Positions 11,095 through 20,775 of a stretch of DNA of 64,000 nucleotides are shown piece after piece (the first letter of the stretch is position 1; the number at the start of each line of letters is the position of its first letter). Source of the DNA: Nitrospirota bacterium (GTDB lineage: Bacteria; Nitrospirota; Nitrospiria; Nitrospirales; Nitrospiraceae); NCBI GenBank assembly GCA_963703955.1, contig CAVPGK010000012.1:64001-128000 (forward strand), written 5' to 3'. The translations under genes and the position numbers were made by a program. The notes beneath the pieces were generated by a model. The model was given only the letters and a program-made list of their open reading frames with translations, did not search any database and was not told the DNA's origin.

Positions 11095-12213
11095 TCAAGA
11101 GATGCGTTCGCCAACCATCGGCCCCGCCGACCCGGCTAAAGCCCTTTCTCCAACAGTCTGATTCACCGCCACGCTAACCCGCCGTTTATCCAGGTTCAGC
11201 AACATGAATCCGAGCATGACCATGAGCGTCAAATGCGACAGTTGCAACGCGTAGCCGGCCATGTACATCAATCCAAGCCCGTACCCGGCCAGACGCCCCA
11301 TCGTGATTTGTTTCAACACGGCGTACGACCAACAAAACAAGCCGGCGACATAGAAGGCAAACGGCAAATAGAACGTGTAGCCCATACCCATTTGGAAGAT
11401 CCACCCGATACCTTCTCCCGCCTTTCGAATACTTTCGGCAACCGCTGGGTCATACCGCGCGAGAACGTAATCCAAAAACAGAAGCGCCAGAAAGACGGCC
11501 GCTCCGATACTTGCAAACAAAATCACGCGCCGACGCTGCCGGACGTTTTTGCTCCTCAGGGAAATGTCGCCGTAGGCCCACAAAAGGAGAATGCTCGAGA
11601 GGACGATCAGCGCTTCGCCGGCGCGGTTGACCTCGTGGACCAGCGGAGGGATGGACGACAGCCCAAGAAACCCGTAGGCGGTCGACACCGTCTGGTAATA
11701 GAGCCAACTGAATACGCCGAGAAGAAAGCACAGGATGGTCACCCGCTGGATCCAGAGTGGATGCGTCCTGAAATATTCCAGCGCGAGGATGATCAACACC
11801 GCGACCGAGACGACATTGTAAATGATTCCCCCCAACATCGCGGGAGGGACAATGAGAAACGCCACCGTCAGGACCATGAGGAGAGCCATGACGGGGATCA
11901 ACCATGCCTCGTACCGGCTGCCAGCGGCTTCTTTCATTTTGCTGAACAACAGAAGAGAGATGGCAAGAAATACGAGCAAGGAGACAAAATTCAGCAGCGC
12001 AAATCCGATCGAGGAGAGCCCTTTAAACAGGAGCCGGACAACCTCATACTTGGCCGCCAACTTGCTGAGATGCATCCCAAGACGTGAGACCAGACGATAG
12101 AGGATGAGTTCCAGAAAACTGGCGAGCAGGAGAAATTTAATCGTGTATTCGAACAACATGCCCTGCTCGTCAACCTTTCCGCCTCCTTTCTCTAACGCTG
12201 TGGCTTCTACCAT
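11095..12213 (-). CDS. Polytopic membrane protein of unknown function
   Basis: About 9-10 hydrophobic segments; start moved so that it does not overlap the upstream gene. Confidence 0.75.
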   Translation of the reverse strand: MVEATALEKGGGKVDEQGMLFEYTIKFLLLASFLELILYRLVSRLGMHLSKLAAKYEVVRLLFKGLSSIGFALLNFVSLLVFLAISLLLFSKMKEAAGSRYEAWLIPVMALLMVLTVAFLIVPPAMLGGIIYNVVSVAVLIILALEYFRTHPLWIQRVTILCFLLGVFSWLYYQTVSTAYGFLGLSSIPPLVHEVNRAGEALIVLSSILLLWAYGDISLRSKNVRQRRRVILFASIGAAVFLALLFLDYVLARYDPAVAESIRKAGEGIGWIFQMGMGYTFYLPFAFYVAGLFCWSYAVLKQITMGRLAGYGLGLMYMAGYALQLSHLTLMVMLGFMLLNLDKRRVSVAVNQTVGERALAGSAGPMVGERIS

Positions 12214-12232
12214 GGATCGATCCCACCACCCC

Positions 12233-14014
12233 TCAGGAGCCGGTCGCCTGCGGAACCTGTCTGGCTTGAGCTTGGGCCCGAGCGATATAAAGCAGCCCAT
12301 CCGCCATCGAGTAGTTGAAAGGCAACTCGCAGACGACTTCGCTGATCTTCTCATAGACATGCTGATATAACTTCTCAGCCTGGTCCGGAGTCATTCCTTC
12401 CTGCACCTCGTAAAAGAACCCGAGACTGAGATCCTCGGAAGCCGGTCTCATGATGCGTCGAATCCCGTAGCCGCCCGGATCGCTCATGATAGGGGCTTCT
12501 TTTTCGAGATCAAAGAGGCAGGGCTGGCACGAAAATCCGTAAGAGGAATTGAGTCGAGTGTTGTCGACGATAAAATTCATCGTCTCCAGCGCCTCATCCT
12601 CCTTCTCGGTCGGGAAGCCGACAATAATGTAACAATGAATCGCAATGCCGAGATCCAAGCAGTCTTCGGTAATGCGACGGACGCTCTCCTGTTTGATCCC
12701 CTTCTTCATGAAATCCATTACCCGCTGGTTGAACGATTCCAGACCGTAGACGATCTTGAGGCACCCGGCATCCCGCATCAAGGTCAATAAGTCCCTCGAT
12801 AGGTTCTTCTCAAACCGCATCTCGGCTGTCCATTGAAGGCTCAGGTTCCGCTCGAGCATTTGCTGGCACAGACGTTTCGTGGGGGAGAGAGCCAGGCACT
12901 CATCCGTAAAGAAAAAATACGGCGTCTGATATTTCTCGGAGAGCATCTGGAGATCATCGACCGTTTTCCCCGGATCTTTTTGCCTGAAATTTTGGTGATC
13001 CAACGTGAGCGCGCAGAACGCACAATCTTTGTAGTAGCACCCACGGGAGAACTGGACCGGCAATACCGTCCCGGGCGCCAAGTATTTTCCGAGCGGAAAC
13101 CCGTCGTAGTTGGGTGCCGGCACTTCGTTGATGTTTTCCGAATAGAACGGCTGATTAACCGTAATTTTCCCGTTCTGCCGGTAGATCAAGTTCGGAACTT
13201 TGCTCATGTCCCGCTTGCCGCTCAGCTGATTGACCAGCTCTAACAGAGCGGTTTCACCCTCGAACACGATAAAATCATCCGTTAATTCAAAGAGGCTCGT
13301 GCAGCGTCTCAGGTTGTCGACCAATCGCGTGAAAATGCTGCCGCCTATAGTGAGGTGGACATGGGGGTTGGCTTCTTTGATCAAACGGCACAGCGTTAGC
13401 CCCGGAACAATCTGTGATGTCGCGGTGATCGAGACGCCGATCAAGTCAGGTCGGTCGTCCAAAATAGAAGTCAGAATCCGATCTCTGAACAGATCGACGT
13501 AAGGATTCTGCCCTTCGTCCTTGATCGCCTTGACGATATCTCTGGAAGAATAGATGGAATAACTGCTGAATTGATTGTCGACCACAGTCATCCGACTCGG
13601 AAAGTACAGGGTGGAGACGAGTTCCAACCACTTATCAATGAGGAACAGACTTTCCCGGTAGCGATCGACGTCATAGAATTCTTCTCCCCTGAGGACCTCC
13701 TTCGCCGGCTCAATGCGGTCGATGAGATAAGGGAATCGGTCCAAGGATTCGACGACGCGCGTATAATGCTCCTGGCTGTTCGGACCGGTTTCCCCTTGCG
13801 CTTCCCGCTCCAGTTTTTTGACCTTATCCAGAAGCCGAGGGTACACTTCCCGACCATAGGTCTGGGTCAACAGGTTGTCGAGAACCTCAATGTTGAGGTC
13901 GCGCTGGGTGACCGTCTTGACCCCGGCCTGGTCCAAGAAACCGGTCAAGGAAGGGAGACTGAGATAGGGTTGCGAAGGGTGCCAACTCGGCGGAAATAAA
14001 AGGGAGATTTTCAC
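12233..14014 (-). CDS. Cobalamin-binding radical SAM protein
   Basis: N-terminal B12-binding region (PYLSLPSL, LIGVS, TIGGS, EGE), SRGCYYKDCAFC cluster motif, YGLES, IVGFPTE. Confidence 0.9.
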   Translation of the reverse strand: MKISLLFPPSWHPSQPYLSLPSLTGFLDQAGVKTVTQRDLNIEVLDNLLTQTYGREVYPRLLDKVKKLEREAQGETGPNSQEHYTRVVESLDRFPYLIDRIEPAKEVLRGEEFYDVDRYRESLFLIDKWLELVSTLYFPSRMTVVDNQFSSYSIYSSRDIVKAIKDEGQNPYVDLFRDRILTSILDDRPDLIGVSITATSQIVPGLTLCRLIKEANPHVHLTIGGSIFTRLVDNLRRCTSLFELTDDFIVFEGETALLELVNQLSGKRDMSKVPNLIYRQNGKITVNQPFYSENINEVPAPNYDGFPLGKYLAPGTVLPVQFSRGCYYKDCAFCALTLDHQNFRQKDPGKTVDDLQMLSEKYQTPYFFFTDECLALSPTKRLCQQMLERNLSLQWTAEMRFEKNLSRDLLTLMRDAGCLKIVYGLESFNQRVMDFMKKGIKQESVRRITEDCLDLGIAIHCYIIVGFPTEKEDEALETMNFIVDNTRLNSSYGFSCQPCLFDLEKEAPIMSDPGGYGIRRIMRPASEDLSLGFFYEVQEGMTPDQAEKLYQHVYEKISEVVCELPFNYSMADGLLYIARAQAQARQVPQATGS

Positions 14015-14050
14015 AAGGCCCTCAAGAAAAGCATGAAAGTGCCCTCATTT

Positions 14051-14080
14051 CTTATACACCCTCCTCTCTTTCCAATGCAA
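14051..14080 (-). promoter_or_regulatory. Putative sigma70 promoter of the radical SAM gene
   Basis: TTGCAT-N18-TATAAG on the minus strand. Confidence 0.4.
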
Positions 14081-14129
14081 CTGCCTTGGAGAGACGTTCG
14101 GTGAGAAATGCTGCGACAGGAACGCAGAG

Positions 14130-14182
14130 AAAAAAAACCCCGAATTACCCTGCCCATTCAGGCAAGCAACTCGGGGCTTTTT
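14130..14182 (-). terminator. Rho-independent terminator after the nxrC-like gene
   Basis: CCCCGA...TCGGGG stem with a long T tract on the minus strand. Confidence 0.75.
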
Positions 14183-14201
14183 CAATTCGCTAACGAAGAG
14201 A

Positions 14202-15155
14202 TCAGGGCAGCTTCAACGTGAACCAGGTTGAGATACCCTTCATGCCATTCCGCTCTACGTTGCTCCCGTCCCACACGGCAAAGGCCACAGGAACCGATGC
14301 GCCCGCTTTGAATTGCACATCGTTGGCATCGTTGGTGGTGAGCGGCCGCTTCACCACAATCCGCCAGGTCGGGCCGACGCAGCATCCGCCCTTGATCGAT
14401 CCGGCTGGTTCCCACAGGCCGTTTCCGATGACATCCTGGTGGGCTTGCGTGGTCAAAGTGCTAAAGCCATTGGAATTCAAATCTTCCACGGAACTCACTC
14501 GCAGCGTGGGATCCGACATGATGTTCCCGGACCAAATCCCAGGGTTGAACGGCCCAAGGCTCCGGCCGATACGATCCGGATAGGTCACGCCGCCGGCGGG
14601 CTCCTCAAAGTAGTAGTCCCAGAAGATCCCCGGGTATTGATCATCCACATCCCAAATACCGGCGCTGTCCTTGCCCAAATCCTTTTGCCACTCGGCGTTC
14701 CAGCGCCAGATGTTCACGGTGCCGCCGGACTGCCCCATACACTGGAAGGGGGGAGCGCCTGAGGTGCTGACCGGGAACTGAAGAGCAGCCTGGTCACGAA
14801 AGTCCTGAGGTCCGATCGTGGTGTTATTGAGCGTCTGATCTGACCAGTCCAACCGGAAGCCGATCTCTTTTCCGTTGGTCACTGCCTTTACGAACACGGA
14901 CTTCACCGCGATATTGGGATGCATCGGGGTGGTGATCGTCTGACCGCTCAACGGCACGACCACGCCCGGCACTCCCTCCCAGATGGGATTCGCTCCGTCC
15001 ATGGGAATTGGCCCCTTGATTGACTTCACCGGAATGGTCACGGGCTGGCTCACCGCCAGTGGCACCTGGCCGATCGTCAGCATGATGCCGACGATCAACG
15101 CAGTGAGGAGAATGCCAAACACTATTTTTTTGTTACGTGTCTGCACCACGCTCAT
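14202..15155 (-). CDS. DMSO-reductase type II gamma-subunit-like heme-b protein; nitrite oxidoreductase gamma-subunit (NxrC) candidate
   Basis: N-terminal hydrophobic helix, PPFQCMGQ, VNIWRW, AFAVWDGSNVERNGMK (EbdC-type Met/Lys ligand motifs); follows a TorD-like chaperone gene. Confidence 0.82.
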   Translation of the reverse strand: MSVVQTRNKKIVFGILLTALIVGIMLTIGQVPLAVSQPVTIPVKSIKGPIPMDGANPIWEGVPGVVVPLSGQTITTPMHPNIAVKSVFVKAVTNGKEIGFRLDWSDQTLNNTTIGPQDFRDQAALQFPVSTSGAPPFQCMGQSGGTVNIWRWNAEWQKDLGKDSAGIWDVDDQYPGIFWDYYFEEPAGGVTYPDRIGRSLGPFNPGIWSGNIMSDPTLRVSSVEDLNSNGFSTLTTQAHQDVIGNGLWEPAGSIKGGCCVGPTWRIVVKRPLTTNDANDVQFKAGASVPVAFAVWDGSNVERNGMKGISTWFTLKLP

Positions 15156-15237
15156 ATGAATATGCCCTCCCCCTGATTAAAGTTTTAATAACTGCTGGAC
15201 ATGACGCCCACAAACAAAAGCGAGAATTCCCGTACTA

Positions 15238-16200
15238 TCAAGCGGTCCCCACTGGTCCCGACTCATCCTTGGTCTTTTCTTTTTGGTCCATGAATGATTG
15301 GGCCCCGACTTCGTCTAAAAGCATGTTCAATTCATTACCTTGATCCTGCGCGCCACACTCATAGGTCTGACCCTCGGGTGCGTTGAAGGTTGCCGGACGA
15401 TAATCAGCTTCGGAGTAGGGCTTCGGAGTCACACCCAGATATGCGGCGTCGAATTCGATCCAGTCCGAGGTTAACTCCGCCATGTACCGGAAGAACCCGG
15501 TATCCGCCTTCTTCACCAACATCCGGGCGAAGAGCGGCACCCAGCGGCCGATGTGTTCCTTGATGAATTTCTTTTGCGCATCGACGACGATCTGAGTCTT
15601 GTCGGGTCCGTCATGGCACCGTGCGTACGACTCTTTGTACGCGAGGAAGTGCATGAACTCCAGCTCGACACTGAGATGGTCCATCCGCTCATGAATGTCA
15701 CGAGACAGCTCCACACCGAACGCTTTGTAGAAACCGGCAATGTCTCCCATCACATGGGCTTGACCGAAGACGTGATCATTGCCGAACAGCGTTTCATAGG
15801 GAGGGCAATCGAGGGTGATGACGTTGCTGAAAACTCGGCGGTGCTCAGCCTGTAAATCGGTCACCTGCCAATTCGTACACTCAGACGCCACCCACCCTTC
15901 AATCTGGTCCAGCTCTCGAGACAGCGCAGCCAACCTCTTCTTCATGCTGTCGCCGCCGATCCTATCGAGCGATTGGGTCAGGCTCTGAATGGCCGAACGG
16001 CCGTCTTCAACAAACTCCCCGCTCTGGAGGTAATCCAAAAACTCGTCATCCTCCGGGTACAACATGGACCACGATACCAGGAGATACAGCTTGCTCCGAC
16101 CTAATGCGCGTTCAACAGCGGGAGAATCTTTGAGAGCCACCGGGCTGGGAGGTATTTTGGAGGATTCCAGCACTCTTCTTTCACTTTCCTTCATGTTCAT
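15238..16200 (-). CDS. TorD/DmsD/NarJ-family molybdoenzyme maturation chaperone
   Basis: CPPYETLF, DIAGFYKAFG, ERMDHLSVELEFMHFLA, FIKEHIGRW. Confidence 0.9.
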   Translation of the reverse strand: MNMKESERRVLESSKIPPSPVALKDSPAVERALGRSKLYLLVSWSMLYPEDDEFLDYLQSGEFVEDGRSAIQSLTQSLDRIGGDSMKKRLAALSRELDQIEGWVASECTNWQVTDLQAEHRRVFSNVITLDCPPYETLFGNDHVFGQAHVMGDIAGFYKAFGVELSRDIHERMDHLSVELEFMHFLAYKESYARCHDGPDKTQIVVDAQKKFIKEHIGRWVPLFARMLVKKADTGFFRYMAELTSDWIEFDAAYLGVTPKPYSEADYRPATFNAPEGQTYECGAQDQGNELNMLLDEVGAQSFMDQKEKTKDESGPVGTA

Positions 16201-16292
16201 CTCACTCTCCTTACAGCTCGACGCTCGAATTCCGGCATTCACGTTCGCGCTCTCGGACTTCGAACTTCGATCTTTCAGGCGCTGGCTCGGCT

Positions 16293-16321
16293 ATCATAGG
16301 AAATGCGATATTTGAAGTCAA
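16293..16321 (-). promoter_or_regulatory. Putative sigma70 promoter of the chaperone and nxrC-like genes
   Basis: TTGACT-N17-TATGAT on the minus strand. Confidence 0.6.
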
Positions 16322-16410
16322 GCGAGAACTCGACACGCTCAATTATCGAACTCATTGTTTCTGAAAGACATTCTGACGCCCACCTCATCGACCTCAGATT
16401 CATCAGGATG

Positions 16411-17016
16411 TCATAGCGTCGCTTCGCCCGGCGTTAGATGTCGAACCGGGCGCACCTTGATGGCAATGCGGTCATTGACCGTTTTGCATGTATATTCGCA
16501 AAGCCCGCACCCCACGCAGCGGTCTCCATCAACGACCACCCGCAGCGCGGTGAAGTCCATTGCGAGCGCTCCAGTCGGGCATTGCGAGACACAGGCGTTG
16601 CACCCCTGATCAGCCGTGCAACTTCGCTGCGAGACGACAGCTACCCCCATCTTGATCAGGTTCAGGCTTTCGGGAAACAGGAGCGCGTCAGTCGCGCAGG
16701 CGGCCACGCAGGGAAGCGTCTCGCAGAAGTGACATGGAATCTCGTCTGGAAAGAGAACCGGCGAGCCATCTCGAACATCGAACGTAATACTTTCATAGGG
16801 ACACGCTTTCATGCAGTCCCCGCATCGTGTGCATCGCTCGAGAAACAGCGCCTCCCCCACGGCTCCGGGAGGGCGCAACCAATCCGTTCTCGGGGGCGGC
16901 GCTTGCTGTTCAGGGGGCGCATCACGGTGCTTGACGAATTCCTGCGCGGTCTTCGCAAAGGAGATCAGAGAGTCTTTCAGGAAATGACGACGTCCGTACT
17001 GTGGTTCAGCGGGCAT
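16411..17016 (-). CDS. NapF/NapG/MauM-family polyferredoxin
   Basis: GRRHFLK, LRPPGA, four Cys clusters (CTRCGDCMKACP, CHFC...C...C, C...CNACVSQCP, CVGCGLCEYTC). Confidence 0.88.
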   Translation of the reverse strand: MPAEPQYGRRHFLKDSLISFAKTAQEFVKHRDAPPEQQAPPPRTDWLRPPGAVGEALFLERCTRCGDCMKACPYESITFDVRDGSPVLFPDEIPCHFCETLPCVAACATDALLFPESLNLIKMGVAVVSQRSCTADQGCNACVSQCPTGALAMDFTALRVVVDGDRCVGCGLCEYTCKTVNDRIAIKVRPVRHLTPGEATL

Positions 17017-17023
17017 CTGCGAC

Positions 17024-18022
17024 CTACATCACGCCCTCGGCGCGCAACTTATAGACCTCGACGCAGCGATCGCACGCTCCGTACTCGGTGTCCCATCCAG
17101 GATGATTTTCTCGGATGAAATCGAGGACATGCTTTTCCACCTTCTTATCGAGATCTTCCACCCAGTCATAGGTCGGGAATCGGCAGAGCGGGCAGGGAAA
17201 CCCCGGCATGAGCATCACCTTATTTTGTGCCGGGGGAACCTCCCCTCCTTCCACTTCGACTGCTCGGTCCATGACCCGCAACGTGTCGCTGGCCATTTCG
17301 ACCAATTCCGAATGCGTGATCATATCCGCTTGCCATAACCCTTCGAAGACGGACTTGAGTTGGATCGGAGGGATTTTTCGGTACCAGGATCGGAACTCTT
17401 TGAATCGATCCTCCCGGCTCAACATGGGGTCCTTGCCCGCCCGGATGAGCCGACTATCGATATTGAGGCACCAGAGGACGCGATAACGGTGGAGAATCAA
17501 CGTTTCTTCTCCGGGGTTCTGTCCAACCTTCGTGTCGGGATCGTAGTTGAAATTCTGATCTAAAAGATCCGCGATATGGGTCAATTCGTGGCGACAGTAT
17601 CGGCTCAAAGCCGGATCATAAAAACGACGCGGGATGAGCTTGATCCCGACCCCCTTGAGCCCTTTTTCCTCAAATTGCTTTGCCAGGTCCTGTTCAACCG
17701 ATCCCCATTTTCTCAGGATGTCGACGCCCTCCTGATCTTCTTTGAGGACTCCCTTGATCAACACAATTCCCACCTTTTCCTTCAGCGACGGGAACTCGTT
17801 GAATGCATCACGAATGATGTCTGAAAACCCCCAAATCCCGAACAGGTACTGGTAGAGCTTCTTGAACTCCGACTCACGGTCGTCCAACGAGAACTTTTCA
17901 TAGATCGGGTCGGCCAGTTCGTGGAACTCTTTGTAGTAGGTCGGATCGCCCTCGCGTTCCGTTTTCTCCACGAACGAGTCAATCACTTCTTGCAGCAAGG
18001 CTGGTTGGAACCGGATTTCCAT
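17024..18022 (-). CDS. Hypothetical protein with HExxH motif and C-terminal CxxC/CxxC
   Basis: 332-aa ORF; RHELTH, CPLC, CDRC. Confidence 0.75.
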   Translation of the reverse strand: MEIRFQPALLQEVIDSFVEKTEREGDPTYYKEFHELADPIYEKFSLDDRESEFKKLYQYLFGIWGFSDIIRDAFNEFPSLKEKVGIVLIKGVLKEDQEGVDILRKWGSVEQDLAKQFEEKGLKGVGIKLIPRRFYDPALSRYCRHELTHIADLLDQNFNYDPDTKVGQNPGEETLILHRYRVLWCLNIDSRLIRAGKDPMLSREDRFKEFRSWYRKIPPIQLKSVFEGLWQADMITHSELVEMASDTLRVMDRAVEVEGGEVPPAQNKVMLMPGFPCPLCRFPTYDWVEDLDKKVEKHVLDFIRENHPGWDTEYGACDRCVEVYKLRAEGVM

Positions 18023-18143
18023 CGATCACACTTCTTCTTTGATTCTTGGCTTAGACGACAAACGCGGCGGCTCTTTGTGACTTGACTTGGTTTCCGACCT
18101 TCTCTTAAGATCCAGTTGTTCGCTTCCGCTTTACAGAAACTTG

Positions 18144-18173
18144 ATTATAGCGACCGATGCGCGAGATTTGCAA
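18144..18173 (-). promoter_or_regulatory. Putative sigma70 promoter of 17024..18022
   Basis: TTGCAA-N18-TATAAT on the minus strand. Confidence 0.5.
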
Positions 18174-18229
18174 ACCGCTTCAGAACAGGTTCATGACGAT
18201 GATCGTCGCGAGGGAACCGAGGCATCACA

Positions 18230-19333
18230 ATGGCTGATTCTACGACCGATCCGCTCGTCGCCAGCGTGCAGGCTAGCCTTGCCACCGACGCGAACCAGCA
18301 TCCGACCATCGATCTGTTGGAATATTGGAAAACGGGAACCCGGGAGGTCAAGACGTTTCGAGGCCACACGCATGGAGTCTGGACTGTCGCATTCGCGCCT
18401 GACGGGCAGACGCTGGCCAGTGCAGGGGTTGATCGCCTCGTGCGTTTGTGGGACATCGAAACGGGGCGGATGCTGAAATCATTGCGCGGTCACACGAATG
18501 ACATTCGAGCGGCCATCTTCACGCCCGATGGACAGACCCTGGCGACCGGAAGTGATGACCGTACGATTCGTATGTGGAATCCGAAAACCGGCGAGCCCAC
18601 GAAGCTGCTCTTTACCCGCTATGACCACAATGTCGTCAGCCTATCCTTGTCCCCGGACGGTCTGATGCTCGCGCGCGGAAGCCACAACAAAGACATCAAG
18701 ATTTGGGAGGTCACAACCGGAACCGAGTTAATGACTTTGCTCGGCAAGGATCAATATGACCATCATTGGTCAGTCTGTCTAGTCTTTTCACCAGACGGCA
18801 TTCATCTGGCGAGCGGAAACGACATCGGGAAAATCAAGCTGTGGGAGGTGCTCCCAAGCGGAGAGGAAAAGATCCAGCACAACGGGCATTGGCAGGAAAC
18901 AATCGACGATGAAACCACCGAAAGCCGGGGATTCTTTGTGGAGGATGACGGCGGTTTTCAAAAGCCCATGGATTACTGGATCGGCGCGATGGTCTTCACG
19001 CCGAACGGCAAACTGCTCGTGACCGGCAGCCGGGACTCCACCATCAAGTTGTTTGAAATGCCGTTGCTGACCGAGGTTCGGACGCTGAAAGGACATGCCG
19101 GCTGGGTGCGTTCGCTCGCTGTCTCCCCGGACGGCAAGGTGCTGGTGAGCGCCAGCGATGATCAGACCGTCAAGTTCTGGGACATTGGATCCGGCCGCCA
19201 CTTCAGAACCTTGCGAGCCCATGCCGGCCCTGTGCGGTGTGTGACATTTTCGCCCGATGGCCTTCGCCTGGCAAGCGCCTCGTGGGACCGGACCGTTAAA
19301 CTGTGGGAAGGTGGGGCTGACTCGGCAACCTAG
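18230..19333 (+). CDS. WD40-repeat protein
   Basis: Repeated GH...V..VAFSPDG..LASAS.D.TVKLWD units. Confidence 0.92.
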   Translation: MADSTTDPLVASVQASLATDANQHPTIDLLEYWKTGTREVKTFRGHTHGVWTVAFAPDGQTLASAGVDRLVRLWDIETGRMLKSLRGHTNDIRAAIFTPDGQTLATGSDDRTIRMWNPKTGEPTKLLFTRYDHNVVSLSLSPDGLMLARGSHNKDIKIWEVTTGTELMTLLGKDQYDHHWSVCLVFSPDGIHLASGNDIGKIKLWEVLPSGEEKIQHNGHWQETIDDETTESRGFFVEDDGGFQKPMDYWIGAMVFTPNGKLLVTGSRDSTIKLFEMPLLTEVRTLKGHAGWVRSLAVSPDGKVLVSASDDQTVKFWDIGSGRHFRTLRAHAGPVRCVTFSPDGLRLASASWDRTVKLWEGGADSAT

Positions 19334-20775
19334 TCCGAAGTCTCTCCTGGATCGGGTTTGCCGTGGGAAATGCTATAGCGCTTGCATTTTTCCCACAAGG
19401 CTTTTCGGGATAAGCCAAGCGCTCGAGATGCGACAGTCCGGCTTCCCTGCACACGATCCAGCACGGACACGATGTATTGACGCTCAAACCGCTCTCGAGC
19501 GGTTGCCAACGACTCAATCGTCTCGACGTCATCCCCTAGTCCGCTAAGCCCTTCACTGCAAAACCCGCATTCCGGCTGAGCCACCCCTCCCACGTACGGA
19601 CAAGACGCAAACCCGCACAGGGTCGAGGCCTGAACCTCCTCATTGGGGTGGCCCAAGGCTACCGCACGCTCGATAAGATTTTCGAGTTCTCGAATATTGC
19701 CGGGAAACGAGTACCGGAGCAGCACTTCCTGGGCATTCTGAGAAAAGCCTTTCAGTGGCTTGTTGAATCGCTCGCATCGTGTCCGAAGCATATGTTCGGC
19801 GATGATCATGAGGTCTTCACGACGCTCCCGTAACGGCGGCAAAGCCACGGGCACGACGTTGAGTCGATAGTAGAGATCCTCTCGAAAGCGACCCTGCAGC
19901 ACTTCCTTCTTCAGATCCTTCTGGGTGGCGCATACGAGCCGGACATCCACTTCCAATGTGTCGTTCCCGCCGACGCGCTCGAACTGCCGCTCCTGCAAGA
20001 CACGGAGGAGCTTTACCTGCACCACGGGGGAGATCTCGCCGATCTCATCCAGAAACAGGGTGCCCTTGTGCGCCAATTCAAAGCGACCACGCCGCTGTTT
20101 CAACGCTCCTGTGAAAGCGCCTTTCTCGTGTCCGAACAGTTCCGCTTCCAATAACGTTTCCGGAAGAGCCGCACAACTGATTTTGATCAGAGCCCCGTCC
20201 CGCCGCGGGCTGTTGCGATGAATGGCATTGGCAACCAATTCTTTTCCGGTTCCGCTCTCACCGATAATCAAGACCGTCGAATCCGTCGCCGATACCAGCT
20301 TGACCTTTTCCAACACCTCACGCATCCGGTTGTTCTTGCCGAGAATGCCTTCGAAACTGAATTTGCCTTCGAGTTCCTCCCTGAGTTGGAGATTTTCCTC
20401 GCGAAGCGCCAGGACTTTGGACACGCGATCAACGATCAACAATAATTCTTCCATCGAGAACGGCTTCATGATGAAGTCATAGGCGCCGCCTTTCATGGCC
20501 TCAACGGCGGTTTCCACGGAGCCGTGCGCCGTGATAAGAAGGACTTCGGTCAGCGGCGATCGTTGCTTGCACACTTGCAACAGATCGAGGCCGTTCGTCC
20601 CGGGAAGCCGGAGATCGGTGATCACGATGTCGAACGTGGCTCCGGCGAGCAGATCGAGTCCTTCTTGCCCGGTCGCAGCGGCGTGCACGTCATACCCGAC
20701 CGCCTTGAGAGCATCGGTCATCGAGAGGCGAATCAGAGGTTCGTCATCGATGATCAGTACGGAGGGAGGTTTCAT
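19330..20775 (-). CDS. Sigma54-dependent response regulator (NtrC/AtoC family)
   Basis: REC domain (IIDDE, TDLRLP), GESGTGKE, GAFTGA, FLDEIG, Fis-type HTH; ATG overlaps the kinase stop codon. Confidence 0.93.
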   Translation of the reverse strand: MKPPSVLIIDDEPLIRLSMTDALKAVGYDVHAAATGQEGLDLLAGATFDIVITDLRLPGTNGLDLLQVCKQRSPLTEVLLITAHGSVETAVEAMKGGAYDFIMKPFSMEELLLIVDRVSKVLALREENLQLREELEGKFSFEGILGKNNRMREVLEKVKLVSATDSTVLIIGESGTGKELVANAIHRNSPRRDGALIKISCAALPETLLEAELFGHEKGAFTGALKQRRGRFELAHKGTLFLDEIGEISPVVQVKLLRVLQERQFERVGGNDTLEVDVRLVCATQKDLKKEVLQGRFREDLYYRLNVVPVALPPLRERREDLMIIAEHMLRTRCERFNKPLKGFSQNAQEVLLRYSFPGNIRELENLIERAVALGHPNEEVQASTLCGFASCPYVGGVAQPECGFCSEGLSGLGDDVETIESLATARERFERQYIVSVLDRVQGSRTVASRALGLSRKALWEKCKRYSISHGKPDPGETSD

